Position numbers and translations under genes: made by a program
From: Clostridia bacterium
GTDB taxonomy: Bacteria; Bacillota; Clostridia; Oscillospirales; CAG-382
DNA: 64,000 nt
Assembly (NCBI GenBank): GCA_017549365.1
Contig: JAFYUZ010000027.1
Location: forward strand, 5,619-69,618
Direction of reading: 5' to 3'
Shown here: piece by piece, positions 51,070 to 60,031 of the stretch
Numbering within the stretch: the first letter of the stretch is position 1
How the letters are laid out: every line of letters starts with the position of its first letter
Notes under the pieces: generated by a model
Seen by the model: the letters and a program-made list of their open reading frames with translations, nothing else
What the model was told of the DNA's origin: nothing
Databases searched by the model: none

Positions 51070-52452
51070 ATGAACAACACTCAGAAAAGAAGCAACTTTT
51101 CGGGAAAACTCGGCTTTGTTCTGGCGGCGGCAGGTTCTGCGGTCGGTCTCGGCAACATGTGGCGTTTCCCCTATCTTGCCGCAAAGCACGGCGGAGGAAT
51201 CTTTCTTTTGGTATATCTGATCCTTGCCGTAACATTCGGTTTTGGTCTTATGATAACAGAAATTGCCATCGGTAGAAAAACAGGTCTTTCGGCCATCGAA
51301 GCCTATGGCAAGCTCAATAAAAAATTCAAATTTCTCGGATATCTTTCCGCGATAGTTCCGATCATCATTCTCCCTTACTACTGCGTAATCGGCGGCTGGG
51401 TAATGAAATATTTCGGCGTTTTCGTTTCGGGCGCAGGTCACAAGGCGGCAGCCGACGGTTTCTTTGGCGGCTTTGTTTCAAAGGCAAGCGAGCCTCTTCT
51501 TTGGTTTGCTCTCTTCCTCGGACTTACCGCACTTGTCGTTCTTCTCGGAGTTGACAAGGGTATCGAAAAGGTATCAAAGATCATGATGCCCGTACTTGTT
51601 CTCCTTTCTATCGGCATTGCTGTTTTCAGCATGACACGCCCCGGCGCAATGGAAGGTGTTAAATACTATATCCTTCCCGATTTCGAAAACTTCTCTGTCG
51701 TAACGGTTCTTTCGGCGATGGGTCAGCTTTTCTATTCAATGTCGCTTGCCATGGGTATCATGATAACCTACGGCTCGTACATGAAGAAGGACGTAAACCT
51801 CGAATCGTCGGTACGCCATATCGAAATTTTCGACACGGGCATCGCTTTCCTCGCAGGTCTTATGATTATTCCGCCCCTCTTCTCTTCGGCGGCAACCCCC
51901 GAACAGCTCGACGGACTTCTCAAATCCGGCCCCAGCCTTATGTTCGTTTCGTTGCCCAAGGTGTTTGACGGAATGACAGGTGTAACCGGCGATATCATCG
52001 GTTCTGTCTTCTTCCTTCTCGTTATATTCGCGGCTCTCACCTCGTCTATCTCGCTGATGGAAGCCATCGTTTCTATCATCCACGACAAGTTCCATATCGG
52101 CAGAAAAGCCTGCTGCTTCGTCACTCTCGGAATTTCGATTATCCTCGGCGTTCCTTCGTCGCTCGGTTTTGGTGTGCTCAGTTTCATCAATCCCCTCGGC
52201 ACAGCGGGCGGCTCGATCCTCGACTTCTTTGATTTCGTCAGTAACAACATTCTCATGCCTATCGTTGCACTTCTCACATGTATCCTTGTCGGCTACGTTA
52301 TCAAGACAAAGACTGTTTCCGACGAAGTTGAGCTCAACGGCAAGTTCAAGGGCAAAAAGCTCTTTGAAGTCGTTGTTAAGTACATCGCTCCCGTTTGTAT
52401 CGTGGCGATCCTCGTGTTCTCGGTACTTGACGTATTCTTCAAGCTTTCGTAA
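51070..52452 (+). CDS. Sodium-dependent transporter, SNF/NSS family
   Basis: 'GSAVGLGNMWRFPY' signature. GGAGG precedes the ATG at 51070. A TTGACG-17-TAAAAT promoter lies about 60-90 nt upstream. Confidence 0.9.
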   Translation: MNNTQKRSNFSGKLGFVLAAAGSAVGLGNMWRFPYLAAKHGGGIFLLVYLILAVTFGFGLMITEIAIGRKTGLSAIEAYGKLNKKFKFLGYLSAIVPIIILPYYCVIGGWVMKYFGVFVSGAGHKAAADGFFGGFVSKASEPLLWFALFLGLTALVVLLGVDKGIEKVSKIMMPVLVLLSIGIAVFSMTRPGAMEGVKYYILPDFENFSVVTVLSAMGQLFYSMSLAMGIMITYGSYMKKDVNLESSVRHIEIFDTGIAFLAGLMIIPPLFSSAATPEQLDGLLKSGPSLMFVSLPKVFDGMTGVTGDIIGSVFFLLVIFAALTSSISLMEAIVSIIHDKFHIGRKACCFVTLGISIILGVPSSLGFGVLSFINPLGTAGGSILDFFDFVSNNILMPIVALLTCILVGYVIKTKTVSDEVELNGKFKGKKLFEVVVKYIAPVCIVAILVFSVLDVFFKLS

Positions 52453-52509
52453 GACACAACAACAAAACACAAGAACCGCGGCATCTGCCGCGGTCCTTTT
52501 TTATGTATT

Positions 52510-53046
52510 TTATTTTCCCAAAAGCTTTTCTCTAAGCTTTTCGATGTCCGAAATCATCTCGCTCTGCGATATAAGCTCTCCCTTAATGTCTTCATCGCAA
52601 AGCAGCACGCGCACAGCCCTTTTTGCCGCACGGATAAACTCAACGTGGGTCTTGCGGTGTCTGAAATCCGATAGAATAGGACAAATACCGCGGGCGCGCG
52701 GGTCGGGAAGGATCTGCACCGACAGCCTTTTTCCCGTTTGTTCTATCTTGGGATAAAATGGAAAAATACGGCAGGCAAAGGGGCGAAGATCGCGCAGGCA
52801 TTTTCCGCCGCAAACAAGAAGACATCCTTCGTCGCCATCGCGAAAATCAAATCCGGCCTCTCCCGAAAGAAGCTCTTTTTCTCCGGGGAGCAAAAGCATT
52901 CCGCAATCGTCCTCGTCGCCGTGGCTCATATTTTCGCCGCAACAGGCGGCAGAGCAGAGAATGCCGCAATCGTATTTTTTGGGCGTTACGTCCGAAAGAA
53001 GATCGTACGCCTCAAGGATAAGGTCGTGTTTTTTTGTATTTCCCAT
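52510..53046 (-). CDS. Cys-cluster protein (YkgJ/UPF0153-like)
   Basis: 'CGILCSAACC' cluster. The start is taken at the ATG one nucleotide after the upstream gene's TGA (context TGATATG). Confidence 0.45.
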   Translation of the reverse strand: MGNTKKHDLILEAYDLLSDVTPKKYDCGILCSAACCGENMSHGDEDDCGMLLLPGEKELLSGEAGFDFRDGDEGCLLVCGGKCLRDLRPFACRIFPFYPKIEQTGKRLSVQILPDPRARGICPILSDFRHRKTHVEFIRAAKRAVRVLLCDEDIKGELISQSEMISDIEKLREKLLGK

Positions 53047-53047
53047 A

Positions 53048-53287
53048 TCAATCACCGTCTTTTTCATTGTCGGAAATGTCACCGATCTCGACATCCTGTG
53101 CGGTATATGGGCGCTTGGGGGCGGGCTCGAGCTTTAAAAGATCGAATCTGAAATGACGGCAGGAATGGTCATCATCCACCACAAGACAACGGTTTTTGTA
53201 TTTGCAGATATACTTTTCGTCATACTCCACATAGCACGAATGCTCGCAGAGGGCGCAGGCATTGACATAATCGCGGTTTTTCTTCAT
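53048..53287 (-). CDS. Small Cys-rich hypothetical protein (79 aa)
   Basis: 'CALCEHSC...C....C......SC'. It appears translationally coupled to the downstream Cys-cluster gene. Confidence 0.45.
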   Translation of the reverse strand: MKKNRDYVNACALCEHSCYVEYDEKYICKYKNRCLVVDDDHSCRHFRFDLLKLEPAPKRPYTAQDVEIGDISDNEKDGD

Positions 53288-53464
53288 TTGCCGACTCCTT
53301 TTTTCGTATAAAGTAAGCTTTATCTTTTCTTATTCTAACACAAACCGGCGGCTTTTTCAACAGTTTTATTTCAACAGGTGCAAAAATCAGTTTACACACG
53401 GTTTATTGACAAAATCCCGCAAAAATGGTATGATAGCATTATAAAAAACTATTGCGGAGAAAAA

Positions 53465-54409
53465 ATGGAAATTCTGTATTTTTTTGAAGGGTTGCGACAC
53501 CCTTTTTTCGATAAGTTCTTTTATCTGATAACGGCGCTGGGAGCCGAAGTGTTTTTCATTGCTCTCGCCATAACCGTCTATTGGTGCATAAACAAGCGTT
53601 TCGGCTACTATCTGATGACGGTATGCTTTTTCGGCGCTGTCATCAACCAGATACTTAAGCTTATCTGCCGTGTTCCGCGCCCGTGGATAATCGACCCCGA
53701 TTTTTCGATCGTCGAGATCGCACGTTCGGGCGCACCCGGATATTCTTTTCCCAGCGGACACACCCAAAACGCCGTAAGCATTGCAGGCTGTTTTGCCATG
53801 AGCTCAAAAGAGCTTGCAAAAACAAAAAAATCCCGTGTCGCGCTTTATATCTCTTGCGGACTTCTCGCCCTTTTTGTGGCAATATCGCGCATGTACCTCG
53901 GTGTGCATACGTCGTGGGACGTTTTAATATCGGCTTTGCTGGCGGTATTTCTCGTTTTGCTTTTTTATTACGTGTTCAGGCTGGTTGACAAAATGCCGTC
54001 CGCCATGTATATCATCATTGCGGGTATGGTGGCAATATCGGCGGTGTATCTTGTGATTTCCTATATGGCACAAGGTTTTGATGCCCACGAGATCGAAAAC
54101 GTCATCTCCTCCCGCCGTCACGCGTGGTATATGATGGGCGGTGTTTGCGGCATCGCTGTGGCATATCCCATAGAGCGCAGATTTGTGCGGTTTGAAACAA
54201 AGGCGTCTCTTGTTTGCAATATCATAAAAATTGTGCCCGGTGTGGCGGGTGTTTTCGGCATAAAAATGCTGGAAGAGCCTCTGCTCTCCCTGTTTGGCGG
54301 CGCAGGCGTTGCCCACGGAGTCAGATATTTTCTCATCGTTGTCTTTGCCGTCTGCGTATGGCCCGCAACCTTCAGATTCATTTCCAAAATCGGGCAGAAA
54401 AAATCCTGA
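53465..54409 (+). CDS. PAP2-family membrane phosphatase
   Basis: 'RPW', 'SFPSGHT', 'SRMYLGVH' motifs and multiple transmembrane helices. Confidence 0.85.
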   Translation: MEILYFFEGLRHPFFDKFFYLITALGAEVFFIALAITVYWCINKRFGYYLMTVCFFGAVINQILKLICRVPRPWIIDPDFSIVEIARSGAPGYSFPSGHTQNAVSIAGCFAMSSKELAKTKKSRVALYISCGLLALFVAISRMYLGVHTSWDVLISALLAVFLVLLFYYVFRLVDKMPSAMYIIIAGMVAISAVYLVISYMAQGFDAHEIENVISSRRHAWYMMGGVCGIAVAYPIERRFVRFETKASLVCNIIKIVPGVAGVFGIKMLEEPLLSLFGGAGVAHGVRYFLIVVFAVCVWPATFRFISKIGQKKS

Positions 54410-54466
54410 AACTTTAAAAAAGAGCAGTAACGAAATCCAATCGTTACTGCTCTTTTGCATTGAAAT

Positions 54467-55375
54467 TTAAAATTTGCAATTTCTTCCGCTTTTTTTCGAA
54501 AGAATACCGCACAATTCTCTCATTCTGTCATCGCTCTGGCTTCTGTCCGAAAATTCGGTATATCTTCTTCCGACAAAATCATATTTTGATCCTGCAAGAT
54601 TGTTGTATTTTAAAAGCTCTATCTCTTTTACGCCGTCACCCAGCATTGCAATTATTCGGGCAAAGCCTTCCAGATCGTCTTTTTCGTCGTTTACTCCCGG
54701 AATAACGGGGATACGCACGATAACATTGTCAAACCGCTTTGACAGCATAAGGAGATTTTCAACAATTCTCGTATTATCGGCACCTGTATATTTTTTGTGC
54801 TTTTCGGGATCTGCCAGCTTAAGATCGGCAAAAACAAGATCTGTAAAAGGCAAAACCGCCTCTATATTTTCCCACCGAACAAAAAGCGCGCTTTCTATGG
54901 CGGTATGTATCTTCTCCTGCTTGCATTTTTTCAGCACTTCTGCGGTAAACTCCGAGTGCAAAAGACATTCTCCGCCCGAAAAAGTCACTCCTCCACCCGA
55001 GATTTCATAGTAATGTCTGTCCTTGATTATTTCATCAAAAACTTCCTTTGCCGTCATATCCTTTCCGCAAACGCTCAACGCCTCGGTCGGACACTCCTCG
55101 GCACATTTTCCGCAGACTTCGCACCCTTCGCGGCGAAAAACAAGATTTCCGTCTGTAACAACATGATGCGTCGGACAGATCTTTATACATTTTCCGCATC
55201 CGATACACTTGGAAGCCACAAAAAGAAGCTGTTTTTTTCGGTCTATCGTTTCGGGGTTGTGGCACCACGCACAAGAAAGCCCGCATCCTTTAAGGTATAC
55301 CACGGTGCGCACTCCGGGGCCGTCATGCAAAGATCCTTTGGAAATATTTGTGACAGGGGCGGTCATTATATGCAT
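54467..55375 (-). CDS. Glycyl-radical enzyme activating protein (radical SAM with ferredoxin-like insert)
   Basis: 'GPGVRTVVYLKGCGLSCAWCHNPE' plus two CxxCxxCxxxC motifs. It overlaps the GRE stop by 10 nt. Confidence 0.9.
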   Translation of the reverse strand: MHIMTAPVTNISKGSLHDGPGVRTVVYLKGCGLSCAWCHNPETIDRKKQLLFVASKCIGCGKCIKICPTHHVVTDGNLVFRREGCEVCGKCAEECPTEALSVCGKDMTAKEVFDEIIKDRHYYEISGGGVTFSGGECLLHSEFTAEVLKKCKQEKIHTAIESALFVRWENIEAVLPFTDLVFADLKLADPEKHKKYTGADNTRIVENLLMLSKRFDNVIVRIPVIPGVNDEKDDLEGFARIIAMLGDGVKEIELLKYNNLAGSKYDFVGRRYTEFSDRSQSDDRMRELCGILSKKSGRNCKF

Positions 55376-57639
55376 GAATGCTTTGTCCTTCCGATAATAT
55401 GGTTTTGAAGCTCGGGAGAAAGAAGATTGAATTTTTGGCTGAATCCCGATACTCGTACGGCAAGATTGTTGTATTTTTCGGGATATTTTTGAGCATCTAT
55501 CAGAGTGTCGGCGTCGATCGTGTTGAACTGAACGTTCTGCAAGCCTTTTCCGCTTGCCGCCATGAAAATATCGGCAAGCATTGAAATATTGCGGTCGGTG
55601 AAAAGCTTTGGATCCACCTCAACAATGGCAGAGGTGGTGCCGGGGGTTCGTTTTGTGGGAAGCTTTGCAATAGAATTCAGCAAAGAGGTAAGCCCATTGA
55701 AGTCCCGTCCCTGCATGGGAGAAACACTGTACGCAATGATCTCGCCTTTTTTTCTGCCATCGGGGCTCGCGGCGCTTTCTCTGCCATGATCCACCATCCA
55801 CAGGAAGGTAAAGGGCTGGGCGTGGAATGAAAGTCCGTATTTCTCCGAAAATTCTTCAAGATAATCGCAAGAAGAGTTGATGATATCTGCGGCAAGACTG
55901 TCGACACTGTCAATATCGTTTCCGAATTTTGCCGCTTTGTTGATAAACTTTTGTCTTATCGCCTCGTCGGGGAAATCGTTTTGAAGAATCTCTCTGATAT
56001 CAGTAAGGCTGTATTCCTGCTTTTTATAAACAAATTCACGAATAACCTCAAGAGAGTCGGCAAGATTCGGGATTCCTCCGAGCATGATCTGATAATAATC
56101 ATACAATGCTCCCGCATCGTTAAAATCGCGGCCTGTTTCAAGACAACCCGATGTCAGCATTGATTTGTACGGCTTTGGCGAATTTATCACCGAGCAGTCA
56201 CGCCATCTCTTCACCTTTGCACAGGTGATGTCAAGTATGTGATATATCTGCTTTTTAACAGCACGGTAAAAATCGTCGAAACTATCAAATTCGCAAAGCT
56301 CGCCTGTTTTTGCTCCCGTTTCAAATTCGGGATACATCATACTGCGACCGTTGCAAAATACATATTCAACGGCTTTCAGAAGATTTGTTTCGCCCGTCAC
56401 CGCATGGGGATTTGATTTTCCGGGGATAACGGTTTCAACACATCCTATCTGGGTATAATCACAAGCGTCTTCGTGAGATATGCCCTTGTTTTCAAGAGCA
56501 GGGATCATCACGTCATCGTTGAAGAAGAAAGGTACACCCTTTTGAACGTGGCCTACCACCTCAAGGGCACGCTTGATGAAATTTTTGTCGGTGTTCGCGG
56601 AATAGCGCACCGACATACAGCGGATAAAATCGAGCTGCTCGGTGGCATCAAGCATCATGTACGAAAGCTCGTTGACACAGCTGTTTCCGTCGGCGTCTGT
56701 ACCTCCGACGCACGACTGCTGAACGTCATAATCGCGATAAAGCTATATCCACAGGCAACAAATGATCTCAAAAGCCTCGTCCTTGGTGATAATACCTTTT
56801 TCTATGTCGTTCTTGTAATACGGATACAGTATCTTATCAAGCCGTCCGAGAGAATTTGCGTTGATATAATCCTCCCAGGTGTTGATTATGTGTGCAAAAA
56901 ACAGAGCCTGTACGGCTTCCTTAAAGCAGGTTGCTCCGCGCAACGGAACGTTTTCGCAGACCGATATAATGCTTTCAAGATCTTTTTTGTCGTATTCCGA
57001 CCCACCCGACACCAAAAGCTCTTTTGCCGCCGCGGCATATTTTTTGCCCATTTTGCACGCAGCCGAGCATATACGCTTTGCCGAAATATACAGAGGATTT
57101 GTGCCGTTTTTCTGTTCAAATTCGTTCATCTGCGAAAGAATTCCCTCAAATCCTATCTTTATTACCTTTTCGTAATCAATAACAGTATGATTGGAATCAA
57201 TGCAACGTCCTATGCACGCCCATTCGGTGGCAGAATCTTTTTCTGTCTTTGTAAAAGTGGGGTGGATATATCTTACATCTTCAAGAGTTTCATCTGTACC
57301 TCGCAGATATTCCTCGACGTCGGCATCCGAAATGCCGTTTTTCCTTGCAAGCTCGCGCATTTCAACGGTGTCGGTAAGCGAGATATACTCGGGGCGATAA
57401 GGTCCTCCGAAATTGAATCCAACCACCAACTCGCGGGGACGGATGACGGGAGTGAAATTATCAAGAATATTCGCCACAGCCTCGCCGATTATTTCGGAAT
57501 TTGACCTTTTCTGTAAGATAGCACGTCGTTCGCCAAGACGAAAATATACCTCTCGCTGTAAGCAGTAAAGATCTTCAAATTCGCTCTTTTCCATAACTTG
57601 TGAGCGCAAATAATCGCATCTGTCGCTAAGTGTGTACAT
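55366..57639 (-). pseudogene. PFL2-type glycyl radical enzyme interrupted by one in-frame TAG (56743-56745)
   Basis: AAAGGAG lies 8 nt before the ATG at 57639 ('MYTLSDR..'). Active-site 'IGCVE' and glycine-radical motif 'RVSGFS' are present. The two track ORFs (56743-57978 and 55366-56658) are in the same frame, and the 28 codons between them are open and GRE-like ('..GGTDADGN..NELSY'). Confidence 0.8.
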
Positions 57640-57978
57640 CAGAAGTTTTCTCCTTTCATAATAAAGGGCGGCTTTATGGGCTTGCTTTTTGTATTCCCGC
57701 GGAAGGCATCCGAACTCGGCAAGAAAAGCCTTGTTGAAACCGCCGAGACTGTCATATCCGTAACGCATTGCCGTATCTGTTATCTTTTTTCCGGACAAAA
57801 TATCAAGAGAAGCCGCCTGCAATCGGTAGTGGCGAACATATTTTGCAAAGGGTCGCCCGGTGTATTCATGAAATTTCGAGCAAAGATGCCATTTTGAATA
57901 GCCAAAATTGGCGGCAACATCACCAAGCTCAAGCTTTTTTTCAATGTTATCGTGAATATACTTCAAAACATCAAACAT
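57640..57978 (-). CDS. Stand-alone AraC-type dual-HTH domain (SoxS/MarA-sized) with no stop codon before the GRE start
   Basis: 'VAANFGYSKWHLCSKFHEYTGRPFAKYVRHYRL..A...L......I.D.AMRYGYDSLGGFNKAF..EFGC.PREY'. It runs in frame into the ATG at 57639. Confidence 0.7.
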
Positions 57979-58137
57979 CCGCTCACTCCCCTTTATAATA
58001 TCATAACAGATATTTTTTAAAAAAACTACTCCAAAATTGCGAAAAAAGAATGTGTACGTACAAAAACTGTTTTATTTTTTCATCCGCCTTGACATTTCAA
58101 ACTGTTTTGCTATAATTTAAGCGTGAGGAGTGATTAC

Positions 58138-59649
58138 ATGAGTTTTAGAATCTACCCCGTAACGTCAACAGAGCTTTGCCACAACAGTTACGAAATTAAA
58201 ATCAACGGAGTTGATACCCCCCTCAACACGGCGCGTGTTTCGGCAATTGCTTTCAACAGACGTTGGCCCGGACACCAAAGAAGCCTTGACCAGACCGAGC
58301 TTATAAACTTTGTGTCTTTTGAAACCGATGAACCCGTTACCTTTGAGATAAAACCGAAAAAGCCGTTTGAAAAAGCGCAGATCCGCCCTATGGAGCTGGG
58401 CATTGTCCCCGAGATCACCGATGACGGCAGAATAATTTTCACCCTCGAAAAACCCGCATATTTCACCGTCGAACCGTATGGCAGAAGCGATGCTCTGCAC
58501 ATTTTTGCAGATCCCGCAAAAACCTACGATATTGACAAAAACGATAAAAATGTCTTGTATTTCGGACAAGGCGAGCACAACGTCGGGATGATATATCTTG
58601 AAAGCAACCAGACTCTTTTTATCGACGAGGGAGCCGTGGTTTATGCCTGCGTACGCGCAAACGATGCGGAAAACATAAAAATTCTCGGCCGCGGCATTCT
58701 TGACAACAGCAAAAACAAAGAACAGATACTTTTTGAAGCCAACGAGGAAAACAATTTTTCTGCCGTAAACAACGCCGTAAGAGAGCACACTGTCATGCTT
58801 AATTACTGCACAAATATCGAAATCGAAGGCATTACCATAAGAGATTCGCTCGTGTACAACATCAAACCGTCGGGGTGCGAAAATCTTGATATCCGCAACG
58901 TAAAGATCATCGGTTGCTGGCGGTACAATTCTGACGGAATCGATATGCACAACTGCAAAAACGTAAATATTGACAATTGTTTTCTGCGTACTTTTGACGA
59001 TGCCATCTGTGTCAAAGGATTTGACTTTTTCTTTGCCGAAGATTCGAAAAAAGCCACACATGATGCCATATACCACAACGGCAAGTGTTATGACGTTTTC
59101 AAAAATGTGCACGTTTCAAACTGCGTTATCTGGAACGACTGGGGCAAAAGCCTTGAGATCGGCGCCGAAACCCGCGCAGAAGAAATTTTTGACATTCTTT
59201 TCGATTCGTGCCATATAATCCACGCCTGCGTAAACCCCCTTGACTGCTACAACGTGGATTATGCCGACGTTCACGATGTGGTATACAAGAATGTGTCCGT
59301 CGAATTTGATAAGATCATGCCCCGTCCGATAATTCAGAAAAACGACAGCGACGTATATTGCCACAACGACCCCGAATATACTCCTTTTACCATCTGCGTG
59401 GAGGTTTCCTTCCACGAGGAATACTCGGGCGGCGGAAAACGCCGCGGAAAAAACCGCCGCATCACCTTTGAAAACATACGCCTTTATGATGACAGAAAAC
59501 CCAAATTCCGTTTTGTCGGTCATTCGAAAGAAAGCGGAATTTCGGATATCACAGTGAAAGATTTTTATCTTAACGACAAAAAACTGACGCTTGCCGACGT
59601 ATACGTTGAACAAAACGAGTTTTGCAGTAATATCAACATCCTTTTGTAA
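58138..59649 (+). CDS. GH28-like right-handed beta-helix glycoside hydrolase
   Basis: 'NSDGIDMHNCKNVNIDNCFLRTFDDAICVKG' resembles the polygalacturonase active-site region. GAGGAG precedes the ATG at 58138. Confidence 0.7.
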   Translation: MSFRIYPVTSTELCHNSYEIKINGVDTPLNTARVSAIAFNRRWPGHQRSLDQTELINFVSFETDEPVTFEIKPKKPFEKAQIRPMELGIVPEITDDGRIIFTLEKPAYFTVEPYGRSDALHIFADPAKTYDIDKNDKNVLYFGQGEHNVGMIYLESNQTLFIDEGAVVYACVRANDAENIKILGRGILDNSKNKEQILFEANEENNFSAVNNAVREHTVMLNYCTNIEIEGITIRDSLVYNIKPSGCENLDIRNVKIIGCWRYNSDGIDMHNCKNVNIDNCFLRTFDDAICVKGFDFFFAEDSKKATHDAIYHNGKCYDVFKNVHVSNCVIWNDWGKSLEIGAETRAEEIFDILFDSCHIIHACVNPLDCYNVDYADVHDVVYKNVSVEFDKIMPRPIIQKNDSDVYCHNDPEYTPFTICVEVSFHEEYSGGGKRRGKNRRITFENIRLYDDRKPKFRFVGHSKESGISDITVKDFYLNDKKLTLADVYVEQNEFCSNINILL

Positions 59650-59800
59650 GCTGACAGATAAACAAAAAAACACCGTCCCTTTCGAGACGGGTGCTAAAAG
59701 ACAGTAAAAAAGCCGATATGGATTTTATTCCGTATCGGCTCTTTTCTATTGCACCACCACTTTCGGTGGTGAGTAAGTGCGTACTTCCTGATAGTTTTTA

Positions 59801-59968
59801 GTGATATGCTGTCTTCGACAGCGTGATATTTTTGCTTTGCAAAAGTGATATTGCTCTGCAAGCAGAGCAGTTATATTCTATTCGCCTCCTAAACTCGCGT
59901 AGCGAATATCACTCGGCGTAAGCCGAATATCACTGCGAAGCAATATAACTCGCCGAAGGCGAATAGAG
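59801..59968. repeat. Array of 7 copies of (A)GTGATAT(T), four forward and three inverted, each separated by a different short perfect hairpin
   Basis: Forward copies at 59801, 59823, 59845 and 59870 (the last is GTTATAT). Inverted copies at 59906, 59927 and 59943 (the last is ATATAAC). Intervening hairpins at 59808-22, 59830-44, 59852-69, 59913-26, 59934-42 and 59950-62. Confidence 0.85.
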
Positions 59969-60031
59969 TTGGCGTTGTGTCCTTAGGAACACAACGCCTT
60001 CGAGACGGTGTTGATTTTTTATTGCAAGAGA

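Noticed and set aside
50809-51441. N-terminal 211-aa extension of the track ORF 49570-51441.
   Set aside because: It overlaps the divergent SNF transporter gene and its promoter. The ATG at 50808 has an AGGAG RBS and is followed immediately by a signal peptide.
56743-56745. Pyrrolysine or a reassigned genetic code as the explanation for the in-frame TAG.
   Set aside because: TAG is used as a normal terminator elsewhere in the window (for example 38978-38980). No pyl genes are visible here. A single AAG-to-TAG change is the simpler explanation. This is kept only as a low-probability alternative in the finding.
59801-59968. Possibility that the motif/hairpin array is a CRISPR array.
   Set aside because: The repeats are only 7-9 nt. 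The 'spacers' are 9-18 nt and each is a perfect palindrome. Half of the repeats are inverted. No cas genes are present in the window.
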